Part shown: piece after piece, positions 62,098 to 64,000 of the stretch
Position numbering within the stretch: position 1 is the first letter of the stretch
How the letters are laid out: every line of letters begins with the position of its first letter
NCBI GenBank assembly: GCA_040954595.2
Contig: CM082588.2
Coordinates: 1,169,935-1,233,934, forward strand
Reading direction: 5' to 3'
Origin: Balanoglossus misakiensis
Taxonomy: Eukaryota; Animalia; Hemichordata
DNA: 64,000 nt
Position numbers and translations under genes: made by a program
The notes under the pieces: generated by a model
Databases searched by the model: none
Seen by the model: only the letters and a program-made list of their open reading frames with translations
What the model was told of the DNA's origin: nothing

Positions 62098-64000
62098 GGA
62101 AACCCTGATTGTATGATTGCAATAACTGTGCATCAGTTTGTGTGCGTGTGTGTATGAGTGTGTGTGTGTATGAGTCGCGACCATGCCAAAATACAGTGAC
62201 ATTCCCATTGGAGGAACAGCAATCAAAGTTTTGGCGTTACATGCTGAAGATTCTGTCAATGCTGGAAGTGTTGGATAACTTTTATCTTCAAGCTGTGTGA
62301 GACTTTCTATAAACATAGATTAAGAAAAGACTGCACATCGCTACCACCGCAGAAATACCAAGCAAATGCTGAATACACGGATCTGTCTTCCTGTATAGAC
62401 ATTTCTGCATCCATGGCAACCAGACTGCTGAAAAACGCAACACGAAAGTACAGTGCATGATCATATTCAAGTCCGAGTGAAATCAGTCATTAGCATTTCT
62501 TTACAAAATGGCATTTTGCCGCTTGCATGCAGGTGTTATGTCCAAGCTTTACTGCAGTTACCATGATGACTGTATTCAAAGATTATGACTAATTAGGCTG
62601 CGTGATTATGATGACTGTGTGTCTATTAGAGTGGCAGGAGTCATTTTGGGGTAGATGGGGATGTGGGATGTAGAATGGATAGGGATAGGCTGAAACACTG
62701 GGCCAGAGAGTTGTCCAGCTTGTAGAGATCTAACTATTCCCACCATTATCCAAGCTGATTTTAAGAATGATGAAGTCAGAAGTGTACAGTGTAAAAAATA
62801 TTGATGTATATTGCTTATTTAAAATAAAAAGGTCATTTTTATATATCCTTAAAAATAAAAAGCATTACACAGAGGACATGATGAGTACTGATAGATTTAC
62901 TTAAAATATGTACTTGTTGATTCAGGAAAATGAAAACAAAATCATTCAATCATCTTGATTTTTATGATTTTTTAAATAAAAAGAAAAATAGAATTTTTCT
63001 TATATTTTCGATGTCCAACAGTGCTACTGTGTATACCAAAGCCTTGCTCTTTTGCTTGTACTTTGCATTTCAGAGCTTCTTCTTTTGTGAAATTGATTAT
63101 TTATAATATTGATTGAGAGTTTATACATTTCCAAGACTTCTAAGGTGCCTTGACTGATCTTAGTCTTTCACCCCTCATTCATGTAAATAGGGCTGACCTA
63201 GTCATTGTGAACAATAGGGTTACACCAAAACTGTGGTGTTGAAAGGGGGTAAACATATGTTTTTACAACGTGCAGTATACAATCATGTTTTCAAGTGTGA
63301 ATTCATTGTGTATTCGTCTTTCGACATGATGATGTCATTGCCCATTTGCATCATGGGTATTCTCTCTCTCTCTTTGAAACTTTTTATATTTACTTTGTAA
63401 ATTAATGTGATTTTAAATGTAATCTGTGATTTTTGTCATTGATCCTTCAACGTGCCATGCAATAAAGATTAAATGTTAATGTTTTAAAAGTGTATTAACT
63501 GATTCTGTCCTAGTCTTTTCCCTCGTCAAGTTTTCATAATTACAGTCATATTGAGACCGACTCTGTTGACTGTCTAAAGCCATAGATTAGATCTGGCATA
63601 ACTAATGATGTGGATGCCCACCAAACAACCATCTTCAAACAGTCTGCTTTCAAATACTGAAAATGGGGTCAAGCTCACCCTGACCTGAGTAATAGATCAT
63701 GTTTTGTTAGCCTTTTGCAAGTGCTACTACAATCCAAGACAAGACACGACAAGACAAGAATGTATCAGTAACGACAATCACATAATATGAAATGAGAACT
63801 TAAAATATAAAGGTGAAAAAACTGACAAAATGGTTCAGTTTTGAACCCACAATACCCAGAAGCACAATAAAGCACCAGAAAAAAAAAACATGATCCAAAA
63901 ATGGTGGATTTAACAGCAAAGTATACACCAATTTAATTTCAAAAGCAGGGCTCTTTAAATATCAAAGCTTCACCTGAGTCAAGCTTGGGCAATCACAATC

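Noticed and set aside
1-64000. tRNA, rRNA or vault RNA genes
   Set aside because: No cloverleaf, rRNA-like segment or convincing A-box/B-box plus terminator arrangement was recognised by eye; tRNAscan-SE and Infernal would be needed to exclude them.

Overview
AT-rich, intron-rich animal genomic DNA (GT-AG introns; probably a marine invertebrate, possibly a lophotrochozoan, which is inference only). Five protein-coding genes are supported: the first coding exon of a sestrin (SESN1 long-isoform-like, minus strand, continuing off the left edge), a complete myosin VI (minus), a complete PARP4/vault-PARP (minus, about 43 coding exons), akirin (minus) and, divergently, ARL13B (plus) preceded by an RFX X-box. 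The main observation is in PARP4. Between the vWA region and the C-terminal domain, in-frame spliced exons encode fragments of unrelated housekeeping proteins: about 75 aa of the 14-3-3 C-terminal helices, 65 aa of the actin N-terminus with an almost intact D-loop, the ribosomal P-stalk C-terminal motif ([13 protein letters not shown]), polyproline/FG-rich tracts and possibly a second decayed actin piece. All are known targets or cofactors of pathogen toxins, which suggests (inference) an 'integrated decoy' array fused to an ADP-ribosyltransferase with an intact H-Y-E triad. Also present are a double-hairpin foldback element, a palindrome cluster, a LINE 3' remnant and several local tandem duplications. 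Exon boundaries were read by hand. Protein comparisons are to reference sequences recalled from memory; no database search was run.
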